Source: Phoronis australis
Lineage: Eukaryota > Animalia > Phoronida
Direction: 5' to 3'
DNA: 64,000 nt
Assembly (NCBI GenBank): GCA_002633005.1
Contig: NMRA01000310.1
Span: forward strand, 252,624 to 316,623
The translations under genes and the position numbers were made by a program. Positions 24,723 through 36,486 of this stretch are shown piece after piece. The notes below the pieces were generated by a model. It did not search any database. It saw nothing but the letters and a program-made list of their open reading frames with translations, and was not told the origin of the DNA. Each line of letters opens with the position of its first letter. Position 1 is the first letter of the stretch.

Positions 24723-25271
24723 CAGGGCTTGACATTAACTTTTAACTTAACATGTCCAGTCGGACAAGTAGAAATGAAATTTACTTGTCCTGACCTATAA
24801 GACACTTGTCCAAATGTAATTAAACTCAAATTATACTTTCCAAATACATGAATGTCGCGCATTATACCTGTCAGCACAAGCTCAATAAACATGTGTAGTA
24901 TATGGATTTCACCAGTGAACACGCTACAACTTTAGCCTCATGGCTTTTCAATTCAGTTATATGTTTTTCATAAGCTGCTGAGTGACCCGTCAACCGTCAC
25001 TTTGGCTAGAACTATTCGAATGCAAGTCCCTCAGATCGTGTCCAATCATGAGCTCCTGCATAATCTAAACAACACCTTGGCAATTTGCGCCACATCTTAA
25101 CAAACACTGATGACTAAACAAGTGAGTTATCACTGGTACGAAGAAGTTCTGATCGTTCAGATTTACTATAGTTTCCAAAAATTCACTAACTTGTCCTGTC
25201 GGCCGTGAGCTTGTCCAGACCAACAAATTGGTTGTCCCGGGCAGTCGGACTACCGTTAATGTTGAGCCCTG
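24723..25271. mobile_element. Non-autonomous DNA transposon (family C), 17-bp imperfect TIR, 6-bp TSD CTTTAA
   Basis: CAGGGCTTGACATTAAC...GTTAATGTTGAGCCCTG, with ctttaa on both sides; subterminal CTTGTCC/GGACAAG repeats. Confidence 0.8.
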
Positions 25272-25672
25272 CTTTAAGAGGAAAAGTAGTTCAAAAAGAT
25301 GATTTTAACGTGTTTTTAAATATACTAGTCCATGCCTTTGTCACTGGTACAATTTCTGTTTATAGCTGCCTCATTTCCAAAAGCAGGTCTGGGATTATAT
25401 TTGGGGTGAAAAACGGTAAAAAGTATCCCACTTTTCAAACACACGTACTCAGGGCCATTGATGGCTTATCCACGTTGGTATTAATTTTTATTTTGTCTGT
25501 TCTGGACTTCACCAATCGAACCGTGAAAGTGTGTTGATGCCCCTTTTCATTCTTGCATGGTCCTTTCACGTGATGTCAAAGTCAAGGGAAAACATTTTAC
25601 ATTGTGTAATTAAGTGTGTTATATAGTAAGCCTGTTTCTCGCAGATCTACTGGGTGAACAAGTCTTCCCATC

Positions 25673-25830
25673 ATGCCTCCTAAGAAGAAGAAGAGCGGGA
25701 AGAAGAAGAAGGGGAAGAAGAGTGCCCGCAAGTCTGCGCGTCCAACGACCTCTGTGGGTGACGCCCTGAGTGACCTCGGCAAGGAGTTCTACCTTGTACA
25801 GATCAGAGACCTGGAAAACAGGCTCGCCAG
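25673..25830 (+). CDS. CFAP157: CFAP157 coding exon 1 (MPPKKKK...QIRDLENRLA)
   Basis: atcATG start; gtgaga donor. Confidence 0.92.
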
Positions 25831-28800
25831 GTGAGAAGCATTGAGCACTTAAGGAGATTCCTGTATACTGATGTGTGGGTAATGGTTTCTTATAACGTGC
25901 CCACATTTTGAGAACCAGTTTTCTCCACTGAATAACAGGCATCAAACTGGTTCTCAAAATATGATGTATGGATAAGTGATTACAGGAGCAGACGTGTCAC
26001 TGCAATCATGCAGTGAATAAACAATCTTGAACATGGCTTGTCAATAAAAATGTGTTTACTTCTCAAGTGTTTGGGGATGTAGCTACTTTCTATGAATGAA
26101 AAGTTGTGACCCCCTAGAAAATATTTGATGAAAGGGTTCTTATAGAATGTCTTCTTTTTGGCTTGAAGAAACATCTATGTGGAAATTGTTTGAAATTGAA
26201 TACACTACATTTCTGTCCTTCAAATTGTCATTCATGACAAGAGATGAGATTGTTTTAAAAGTCTTTGTACATTTGTTCTACATTTGCTCTGATGAATTGT
26301 CATGACAGGCTGGGCCAGCTACTTCAATGGTGAATTATGCCTACAACTAGCCATCATGACGGTCAACTCTGGGCTCAGTCACTGTGGCAGGGAACTGGGT
26401 CATTTGTTTGGGAACGTAATTGTTATAACACACTTTCCAGATACGTTAGTGCGACTTGAGGTAACGGTCATATCTTAAAAAATGTTCATATTTTTATTTG
26501 CAGATACCAGAAGAAATGTGATCAGCTAGAAGTAATGAACGGTCAGTTCACTGACCAGTACAACCAGATGTCCACTGACAAGAAAGAAATAGTGGCCTTC
26601 CTGAAGAAATCTTTGGAACAGAGAGGTGATAATAAAACTGTGACCTACAGCTGTGCTAATAATAATAATAATGGGAGTCATGTTGCTTAAGAAATTGCAA
26701 TTTGTGCACGTAATGTCTTGTGAGCTGGTAGCTCTTATAGCAGTGCCTGAAAATGCTGAGGTGCTGTTTGCAAGAATCTGTCATTAAACTGGTCAGATCG
26801 ATGCTCTTCTTGGGTTTGATTTTAGTAAGTACTGTAATTGTTTCCAATTGAGGTTTGCAGTTCCATATTCAGATATTGTAAAAATGCCATAATACAACAC
26901 CCAGTATTTTAGAAGAGCTGAAAACTCGTCAATTCAAAGCTAAATGAAATTTGAAATTAATTTGACTATTGGCTTATGCTTGCATTGAGAAATGGTCGAA
27001 TTTCACTCTAAAAATAACTATTTTTTGCGAATTCACTGTTTTTTCCTGGTCAAAAAACTACTTGTGACATATTTTTCAATTTTACTTAGAGGTGTCACTA
27101 GTTAATGGGTAACATGTTCACTTGTACTAAAGTCATATTGTCTGCCTGCAGCTGATGAGATAGCTGACCTGAATGACCGACTAGTTGGTCTACAGCAAGC
27201 CAAGGAAAATGAGAAGGACACCTATGAGCAACAGTTACAAGCACTTCGAACAGAGTTTAACGAGACCAAGGATCAGCTGACTCAGGAAAACGTCATCTTA
27301 GGTATACTCTTAAGTTACTTTAATGAATATCATCTGAAAATCTCTTCTGCAATTCTGACATTTTAGTTTCAACTCCCTATTTTTCATTTATCCATTCCAG
27401 AGTTATCAAAACTGTTAATGCAGTCAAATTGCATTCCTATGAACCCTCTTGAAACATTTCTAGAATGATCATTATAAGTGAAATTTACTTTAGTGATCAT
27501 ATTAAATTGTTGTACAAAAACATGTTCGCTGTGTGGCTGCCATCGAGCTTAGTTTTAATAATATAATGTATAAGTAATACATTTGTTACTGGCAGACTTG
27601 AGGTTGTTCAATCGATGAACCGGGACATCTGCAAGCTTGATTCATTTCATTTTCACTGCATTTTGAATTATTAGTGAGGTTATATAGTTATTGAATTATG
27701 CAAAATTGATTAAATACACACTTGTCGTTATTAACAATCTTTATTCCGTTCCGTTCTTATGCTCGGAACAAAGTTCTGCACTCAACAGAACATTGGTGAA
27801 GCAACTGAGGAATTGAATTATTTGAATACTTTGACTGTGGTTTTTATAAACATATACACCACCCATTCATATCTTTCAATTACCCCTTACACCATCAATG
27901 GCATCAATAATTGACCAATCACATTGTGTGGCATTTGAGACTCCACCCAAAATGTGCCACCCTGACACGTCATTGGTCAGATCTCGCATAAAAAGCCTGG
28001 TAGTCTTGGGCACAGACAATGCATTCAGGTGCAGTCCCTCCTGTGGCAGTAACACTTATTGTGTCTCACAGGGAGTAAGCTGTCCTCACTGGAGGAGTTC
28101 AAGTTTCAAAAGGAGTCTCTCATGAACAAACTGGCATCGATGGAAGTGGAACTAGAGCGACAAAAGCAGGATCACAAGGACACGTTATACAACCTGGAGA
28201 GAAAGGCAGTTGTCGACAAGGACAGGTAAGGACATGTGTATTGAAACGTGGCTGCGTCAGATTGAAAATGTCCTATTTATGCAATAAAGGCATAGACCCA
28301 GATGTTCCGGTACATTCCTGAAGTGTAAGTGTAGAACTTCCAGGGATCAAATGTGCATCCTACCAACTCCCTGATTTTATCACCACTTCAGTACAGTAAT
28401 GTCGGACAGAGTGCTGTCATCAGACTAGACTGACGAGAATCGTGTCCGTCACTCACCTACATAGACTCATCAATGTTATTGTCTGTTCATGAGGTCATGT
28501 AGCTCAAATCTACTTAATTGTCTATTTATAGAATGGGGGTTTATCACCCTAGTCTGAGGAGGTTTGTGTATCGTGTATGGAATCCTGAACTCATAGTTTA
28601 AGGATTTTTAACCCTACTTTAAGATTGATTAAATGTGGGTAGTAATGAAACGCAAATTCTTTCAGAGCCGCAGTCAAAGAAATTTTATTATGCAAAATTT
28701 TATCAAGTGTCACTTTCCCAGGATAAATTTACTTTAATTCAATTACAATTTACTGAACAGATGTACTCAATGTGGCTTTATCTGGTCATTGCAGGTTAAA

Positions 28801-31800
28801 GAAAGAAATGGTGATGAGGGTGAACCAGGTGGCTGCAGAGTTTCGCAAGGTGTCCAACAAACAGATGGCGGAAACAACCAAGCGTACAATTCGCGAGAAT
28901 GTCTCAATCAATGCTCAGCTGACCAAAATGTCCGACAAAACGATGGAGCTGATACAAGAAAATGACGAACTAAAGGTCAAGGACAAGAAACAGCGACAGG
29001 AAATAGAGCTACTGGAGGCCAATGAGAAGGAGCTGGCAAGGAAGAACCACAGCAACCAAAAGGTGGCGCTAGTTATACAAACTCCTCTCCATCTTCCCAT
29101 GTTCCTCTTGCCATTTTTCTTCCCAAATCATCACTCCTTCCTTCCACATTCCATCCCTCCCATGCTTCCTTATTTCCACGCTTCCCACGCTACCATGCTT
29201 CTCTCCCTCCTTTCTACCATGACACTTCCCTTGTCTTCCACTTAACATTCCTCTATCCATCCCATTCCCTCTCTCCCTTCCTCTCCTTCCTTCNATCCCT
29301 CTCTCTCCTTCCCTTCCAACCTACCCTCTCCTCTTCATTCTCCATCTCTCTCCTTCCCTGTCCCCGCTCCTCTCCTTCCCTCCCTCTCTCTGTTTAGATG
29401 AGTAACAATTCGTCTGTTACAACATAGTTAAAAGAAATCGTGATAAGAGATACACAATGTTACTGCATCATTTACCTCTTGGTATATTACTAATCATTTG
29501 CTGATTAGAACCAAATTTGGCAAAAACTACGCAAAATTGTCAATACGATGTAAGCTTTTATGTTTTGTAATGGTTCAACCGCTGAATTTATGAAATCAAT
29601 TTCTATTGCAGATTATCAAAATGTTGACAGAGAAATGTAAGACTCAGGAAGCCATGTTGGCCGAGTATGAGATGAGGGAACAAGAGTATCAGGAACTGGA
29701 CGCTGAGAGTGACTTGTTAAAGCAGCAGGTGGAGTCAACCAGGTGAGATGGGAATATAACTATAGCAATAACTATGATACTGATACTGATATTGATATTG
29801 ATACTGATACCACTTTTAATATCATTGCTCTGTAGTTAGTTACGTTTTAGTTTTCTTTTTAAGAAAATGAGCCTTTCCAAATCCAAGACATTTGGAAAGC
29901 TAACCCTGTTGTTAGCTGCCTCTCAGAATTGTTTCAGATAAAACTTTTCCTTCAATATACTCGAGACTTTATTGCATTTGGATTTAATAAAAATACCGTG
30001 ATTTTTGAATTAGTGAATTTTATTTAATCAATCTGAAATTATAATTAATGTTAGAAAAATTTATATTTTAAAGGGATGAACTTCAAGGCTTAGGAAAGGA
30101 AAACGAGCTGCTACAAGATGATTTAGACAAAGCCAAAGATGGGATGAAAGAAACTAAGAAGAAAAATGCAAAGTTGGAGAAGGTGATCACAGAAGCAGCT
30201 TTGGCTTTGAAATTATGCCTCACAGTAAGTTGATTTTGGTAACTACTTGAACCAGCCTTATTCTCAGTTGTAATATGCCAGTCAGATGAATCGGTGACCA
30301 AAATGTCATGGAAAATCCAGTAGCAAATCTGTTGGAAAAATGGACTAAACAACGTTAAGTTTAACCAGTTATAATTTAGTGTTTCAATTATGCATTGCCT
30401 TAAGGATAGCTGTGTGTGCCAGTCATTAAAACAAATGTTTTGTTGTTAAACATGACATTCCATTTGGTAATACTCTGAATAGACTGTAAAGATTTGTTGC
30501 CATTGAAACCCTCGCGATTTGTCTGAATGTAGTACGTTACATGTCAAATTTTACCCGCTGCTTATTAATCTACAGTTACTGACAAAAATGGTGGATTCCG
30601 TTTTGCTGTTTTTGGAATTTTCATTTTCATGCCATAGGAACTAATCATTTTTTTATTTTTTATTTCATTTTAAGAAATCAATGTAACTGTTGAGGAAATG
30701 CCACAAGATGAGTTCCCGAAATATTGTGGACCTCAACGGAAATATTTCCTTGTGTTCTGCGTTGATCTGTGCTCGGATATAAATTTATAGTCTGTTACGT
30801 ATTTTCTCATTTAAATTTTGTTCGTGTTATGTTTTGAATTTCTTGTTATTCGTTTGGTCATGTGTGAATAAGTTAAAGCAGCTATAAACAGGTGCTCCAT
30901 ATTGAAGAATTAACTTTTGGTTTAGACCACGTATCAGTATGAAATTGTTCTCGACTTAATTCCTTACTAAGATGAAAATGGGATTCTTGGTTTTGCACGG
31001 AACTGACAGCTCGTGATTGCCCGAGACCGTGCTCGAAAATTATGCCTCGTGACAAGTCAACTTTTAGAGCCTGGTCTCGAACATTGTTGGATTGTCAAAT
31101 CTTTCCAAGCTCTGAAATAACACATATTTTGACAAACAAACAATTTGAGACCAATTTCTAAATGGTCTAAATCAAAAGTTGGTTTTGTGATGGAATGGCA
31201 GGTTTACAGCCGCCTAAGCAGAAATAATTGAGAATCGAATCACGCTTCATGAATTTACCACTCATTCAGGATACCCCTGAAGCGTGGGACGGCAGCACTA
31301 AATAACAAAATTGAATTAAGCTTCATGAATTTACCTCTTATTCAGGACACCCCTGAAGCGTGGGACGGCAGCACCAAATACGATGAAGAAGAGAAAAGAG
31401 ACAGTCTAATGGAACATCTTTTACTGTTGCTGAACAGTGCAGCATCTATAGGAGTAGGCCCTGCCCCAGGAGACATGGGCAAGCAGTTCGTAGTGAAGCG
31501 GTCCAAGAGTGCTCTCAGCGAGATGCCCGGTAGTCGGGCAGGCAGTAGAAAAGGGTAGGTAGCTTTGACCTGTCACCTTTGACCTTTCAACTTTTGTTCA
31601 ACTATTGTTACTACCGGACTGTATTCACCTTGATTCCTGGATAATTGGAGATGTCTCCTCTCCTCTGATTTTGACTACTAGTAGCTGGAACTCTGGTCAT
31701 GTGAGCTCTTATTTGTCTGATGACATTGTCAATACATGACACAATAATTTATGAAGATTTTGTGAGACACACTCGCAACCCAAAAACGGCTATGACCAGA

Positions 31801-33973
31801 TGTTTGAGTAGGGACAAATCTTTAGTAGAAAACCCAGCACAATTGTTGTTAACATTCTGTATTTACATAATATACACAAATCCAATTTCTCATGAACTTC
31901 AATTTATCATCCTCGAGGAGTATAACAAACCACACCAAACATCAGGTCACAAGTAACAAAATTAACTGAACCGAAACTCACTTGTAAAGCTTCACATAGC
32001 TCTAGTTTCCCTGAAAATGAGCTCAAGCAACCCCTGGTGGCCATTCAGCAAAGCCCTAGCATTTAGATCAACAGCAGCAAGGCTCTCAATCCTTGCTAGC
32101 CAATCTGAATCATTGTGATGAATGTAGGATTGGCATAATCTATTACTAACCAAAATTCTGTTACCACAGAATGAATACAGAGGGCACTGTTGTCACTTTC
32201 ATTTGCTAAGAGCTCAGTTGAGTGCCATTTTCATTGAACAAAAAAGGTGGTTAGCTTGAAGTGTTTGTAGCTGATTACTCTGTATGACTTAGATGTCTAT
32301 TTAGTGTCATCCTTCGTGCTATTTACTGGTCGCTATTGACATCTAGTGCATGTACTTGTATGCGGGGATGAAACGTACCTATTTTAATTACAGCACCCTT
32401 TCACCACTCCAGAAGCTACCCGGAAGCTCAATACCCCACTACCAATTAGGAGATTTAGGTCTAATTCCTCGACCAACACATCGCATTGACACCAAGGCCG
32501 AGAAAATGAAGGAACTGTCACGGACATCCCAGCTGGGTAGTCTACGTAAGGTGCTCACAAAGTCAGTGGCCGTGCAGACAATGAGTGCTCCGAAGGTGAG
32601 GACTATTTTATTTGAGCCTTAATAATTTCATCTGTCTGGTATGGTCATTCTGTTCTTGTTTCGCATAAAAATAAAAATTGTCAAACTATCATATTTTTTT
32701 CATTTTCAAAGGCTGATTACGTTACTGCAAACAATGAAAAATTTACCACAAGTTGTTTTATGACATCTCCATACCACAAACCTTGCTAGTCATTGATTAA
32801 AATTTTCTTAATTTTTGTTTTTGGGGAGAAATTTGACGAAATAAAATTCCACTTGTCGGCCATGTCTTGTGCTAAACAAGTGATGGATTTTTGTACGAGA
32901 TATACTGTGTGGATAAGGTTCTTTTCTGCAGGCAAAAATTGTATGTTTTGGGATTCTCTTGTCAGTATCCACTCCCAAACTGTTGCATTGCTTTGGTACA
33001 TTATTTGACCATCACACACTTTAGCTCACCTGTTTATCTCATTAAAATGACAAGAGCCATGAAGCTGTTTGGCTTTCAACTGAACAAAAGTAGTTTACAT
33101 GGGGTAATTTTTGTAGCTTTTGAAATATCACCAATTTTGGACAAAATAATAATTGCTCTTTTTCAATTTTTTGGGGTCTTCCAAGTTAGTTTTGAATGAC
33201 CATAATTTTCTAAAATATCATCTCACAGTCCGATGGTAGCACACGGTTACATACTTGTTCTAGGTTCAGAGCTTGGAATGACCAATGACAGAAAAAGGAA
33301 AATTTTCATATTGATGTATCGCTCTACAAATAAATAGGCTTGTGTGATAGAAATATTTTTTTGGCTTATAAAATTTAACTGAAATAAGCTTTTTTGCATG
33401 AGTAAAGCAAAAATAATGATAAAATGAGATTTAAAGAAAAAAGGGGATTAAATACCGGTACATGTGAGAGGAAATTTAAATCAAGAAAGAGGAAATCTCG
33501 TAAAAGGAAAATTACAAGCCCTGTGGGTTAACTGTTAATATGCTATATATCATGAATGACAAATTAGAAAATAATGTTTATCTTATCTGCCATATTATGT
33601 CCCAATTTGTCGAGATTCCAGGACCGTACTATTAATTAACCGATCAGTCAAAATGCATCTTTTTTGCTTCGTGGAAAATGCTTTATAAAAATATTAGAAA
33701 ACAATTTCTCCCACCAAACTCTTGAAATCAGTGTGCTGAGCTTTAGATTTTTTAATGGCAATGGATTTATAATTCAGTAAATTCAGTGATGTAAATGAAG
33801 CACTATCCCGAAGGTTCGACTCTTGTCCATTTCAGGCCATGTTCTTTGCTGACCAACTGCTCAGCCGGACAACTCCTACAACACAGACTGCCATACTGAC
33901 TGGAGTAACACCTAACTTGTCTCGCAAGTCTACCGGCAAGGCACTGTCAACAAGGATGCCCGTGTTAACGTAG
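25673..33973 (+). CDS. CFAP157: Cilia- and flagella-associated protein 157 (C9orf117), spliced gene, 10 coding exons, 560 aa
   Basis: Exons 25673-25830, 26504-26625, 27152-27301, 28072-28225, 28795-29062, 29612-29742, 30074-30224, 31346-31554, 32394-32595, 33836-33973; 1683 nt. KEFYLVQIRDLENRLARYQ, KKEIVAFLK, ETKDQLTQEN and YNLERKAVVDKDRL match CFAP157. An acceptor at 25644 implies an upstream non-coding exon. Confidence 0.93.
26504..26625 (+). CDS. CFAP157: CFAP157 coding exon 2 (YQKKCDQL...KKEIVAFLKKSLEQR)
   Basis: ttgcag acceptor, gtgata donor. Confidence 0.9.
27152..27301 (+). CDS. CFAP157: CFAP157 coding exon 3 (DEIADLNDRL...QENVIL)
   Basis: ctgcag acceptor, gtatac donor. Confidence 0.9.
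28072..28225 (+). CDS. CFAP157: CFAP157 coding exon 4 (SKLSSLEEFK...VVDKD)
   Basis: tcacag acceptor, gtaagg donor. Confidence 0.92.
28795..29062 (+). CDS. CFAP157: CFAP157 coding exon 5 (LKKEMVMRVN...NHSNQK)
   Basis: ttgcag acceptor, gtggcg donor. Confidence 0.92.
29083..29391. repeat. CT-rich low-complexity tract
   Basis: Pyrimidine-rich tract just after CFAP157 coding exon 5. Confidence 0.8.
29612..29742 (+). CDS. CFAP157: CFAP157 coding exon 6 (IIKMLTEKC...QVEST)
   Basis: ttgcag acceptor, gtgaga donor. Confidence 0.9.
30074..30224 (+). CDS. CFAP157: CFAP157 coding exon 7 (DELQGLGKEN...LKLCLT)
   Basis: ttaaag acceptor, gtaagt donor. Confidence 0.85.
31244..31380. repeat. 76-bp-period duplication of the CFAP157 exon-8 acceptor and exon start
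   Basis: GCTTCATGAATTTACC...TTCAGGAYACCCCTGAAGCGTGGGACGGCAGCACYAAATA occurs twice. Confidence 0.92.
31346..31554 (+). CDS. CFAP157: CFAP157 coding exon 8 (DTPEAWDG...GSRK)
   Basis: attcag acceptor (second of a duplicated pair), gtaggt donor. Confidence 0.85.
32394..32595 (+). CDS. CFAP157: CFAP157 coding exon 9 (TLSPLQKL...HYQLGDLGLIPRP...SAPK)
   Basis: ttacag acceptor, gtgagg donor. Confidence 0.88.
33267..33523 (+). mobile_element. MITE family D (CAGAGCTTG...CAAGCCCTG), near 6-bp TSD taggtt/tgggtt
   Basis: Colinear with 50096-50316. Confidence 0.7.
33836..33973 (+). CDS. CFAP157: CFAP157 last coding exon (AMFFADQLL...MPVLT*)
   Basis: tttcag acceptor, TAG at 33971-33973; AATAAA at 34435. 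Confidence 0.8.
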   Translation, partial: AMFFADQLLSRTTPTTQTAILTGVTPNLSRKSTGKALSTRMPVLT

Positions 33974-36288
33974 TGAACACAGTCACAGATAGGGGGCTCT
34001 ACAGTGTGCCAGTTTCATGGATTCCCATAGGGGGCACAACTCAAAAATTTGGACATCTATGAATGAAAAGGTTTTGTCACCATAAATATATTCCATTTGG
34101 TTACGGGTTGCAACATGAACATCCTTTCTTGGCTTTTAAAATGTTGAAAAATGTAGACGATTTCCACCATTAGGGCAATTTTCTTTTTCTCCACCTATGT
34201 TGGTCAAACACTAATAGACAGAAGCTTTTTTAATCTCAAATATGGGTACAAGTATTTATGGGGCGTGCTCCCTTGGGCATGGACAATGGATCCAAGTGTG
34301 CAGTTCTTGGAACTAATGTACATACATGCGTACTATATCAGATGCTCACAGATGACTGCAGTGTACAGTGCATGTAAATTTCTATGTGGTGAAAATGTGT
34401 CTTAAATTTTTAAAACTGTGCATAACCTTGATCAAATAAAAGGTCAAAAGGAGTAAAGATGTCTTATTTATTTTATTTACTAAACGGAAACCAACAACAA
34501 AATCCAAGATCTTTCAATGTTGATAACTACAATACAAAAGCACAAATTAGTTTTCAACACTCCTACACTCAAACAGGTACAGGGTCTTAAACACTTACAT
34601 CATTCTTGTGAACTAGAAAAGACACCCTATACACGGGGGCTGGAGATTGTCTAAAACCAGTCTAATCGCACAGGAATTACTTGGCTAGGATTGTGAACCA
34701 GTGCCCGGTTGAATGAAACTGTCAAATAGGGACTAGACAATATTGTGAATTCAACGTAGACTTGATTCTCAGTTTGTATCAAAGCCAAAAATTAGTAATG
34801 AGACTCGAACAGCATAACAAGGGCAATCGGTGTTTTCACAAGCCCACAAACACGCAGTAGATATTGGGAACTTAGTTGAATCCCTGTTTGTGACTGTTTA
34901 ATGCAACCAGGCACTGGTCCTCACGGAGATGTGTACAACATGCAGTAATGGACTAGCAGCAGTTCAAGGTTGTCTTCAAGAAGGAAAATGCCAGGATGCT
35001 TTCCTACAGGAGGGATTGATAGGTACATGTTGCAAACTCAGACAAGCATTTCGTCATGTCAGTTAATGGGGGAGGGGGGAGTTTCGCTTAGGAGAATATT
35101 TTGCCTTTGTATTCAGCGGTCCCCAAATTGTATTGTCTCAGATAAGACATTAAACCATTTGGTAATTGTCTCAGGTACCTAATCACTTTACCACCTTGGT
35201 CTGGATTTTGAATGACTTGTGCAGTGCCAACCTGTGCCCATCACCAGGTGAAAGTAAAATTTCAGTCCAGCGACAATGGATTAAAAATCACTGAGCACAA
35301 CGCTGAAAATGAAGAGCACTAAATAAATTCAGCTCCACAGAATTGAGGTCATTATTCTGTGACATCATAAGTTGGGAACAATAGTATCCCCCACTTCCTG
35401 CAAATTACTGCCGAATACTGAAGGTTTATACACATTCCGTTATGCTAGGATGGAATACACACAACCTGATGACTAGTTTCAACTGAGTTCAAGACAAAAA
35501 TACCCCTTACAATAATACCACTACTAGGGCTGAGATTTAGTAAGCACTGTGCTTACATACCAACACCAAGAATTGGTCAAAACTGTAAAATGAACATAGT
35601 TTTTTGTTTAAAAAACGAAGCAAATTAACATTAACAAGCTCTAAAACATGCAAAAAAGTTCAGACGTCTTCAGCTTCAAGATGCATAATAAAGAATGTCA
35701 ACAATTCAGCAAGATTACAACAACGATCACTCAAAAATAAGAAGGTTCCAATAAAAAAAATGTTCACTTGATTTTCTAGATTAAATATCAAAATAACTGC
35801 AAAGCACAAAATAAAAGCTCCCGAATATTATAACAAAGGAATTGGTTTCGCACATACACCACAAACAAAATATTACTCCAATGTGCAACAAAGATATTTC
35901 CAATTAGAAACAGAGCCCCACTGCCCTGGCACATTGTCAGTACCAGATAAGCACAAGAACCTCTAGCGCCATCTGTTTTCTATATTGCCAATCACCGAGG
36001 CTGACTAGGTTCCTTTTAACATGGAGGAGATTAATTATACGATTAACAATCCCTTCCACAGTAATTTTCGAAGTGAATTGGATAATTAGTAGCCTGTCTA
36101 TCAGCACGTGCAATTGCCATGTAACACTTAATAACAAAACACTGATTTAACTTGATCCTGCATTTAAAAGCCAGCTCTAGTCTAGAATCTGACTGAATGG
36201 GAGGTATAATTGTAATGCAAGCTACAATTCCAAATTGATTAAAATCATTCAAAATAAAGTCGACAGATTTCGACACAGAGTTTTGCAA

Positions 36289-36486
36289 TACTCTGCCAAA
36301 CCACACAGTTCACTAACATCATGCTGTGCAAAAGTTAACGCCAATTTACGAGGGTGACAAGTGCCCAAAGTCTCACATAGATTCTCCTACTCTGCCAAAC
36401 CACACAGTTCACTAACATCATGCTGTGCAAAAGTTAACGCCAATTTACGAGGGTGACAAGTGCCCAAAGTCTCACATAGATTCTCC
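36289..36486. repeat. Perfect 99-bp tandem duplication
   Basis: TACTCTGCCAAACC...CATAGATTCTCC twice. Confidence 0.92.

Noticed and set aside
33812-33823. B-box-like GGTTCGACTC as part of a tRNA gene
   Set aside because: No A box or cloverleaf; it lies just upstream of the last CFAP157 acceptor.
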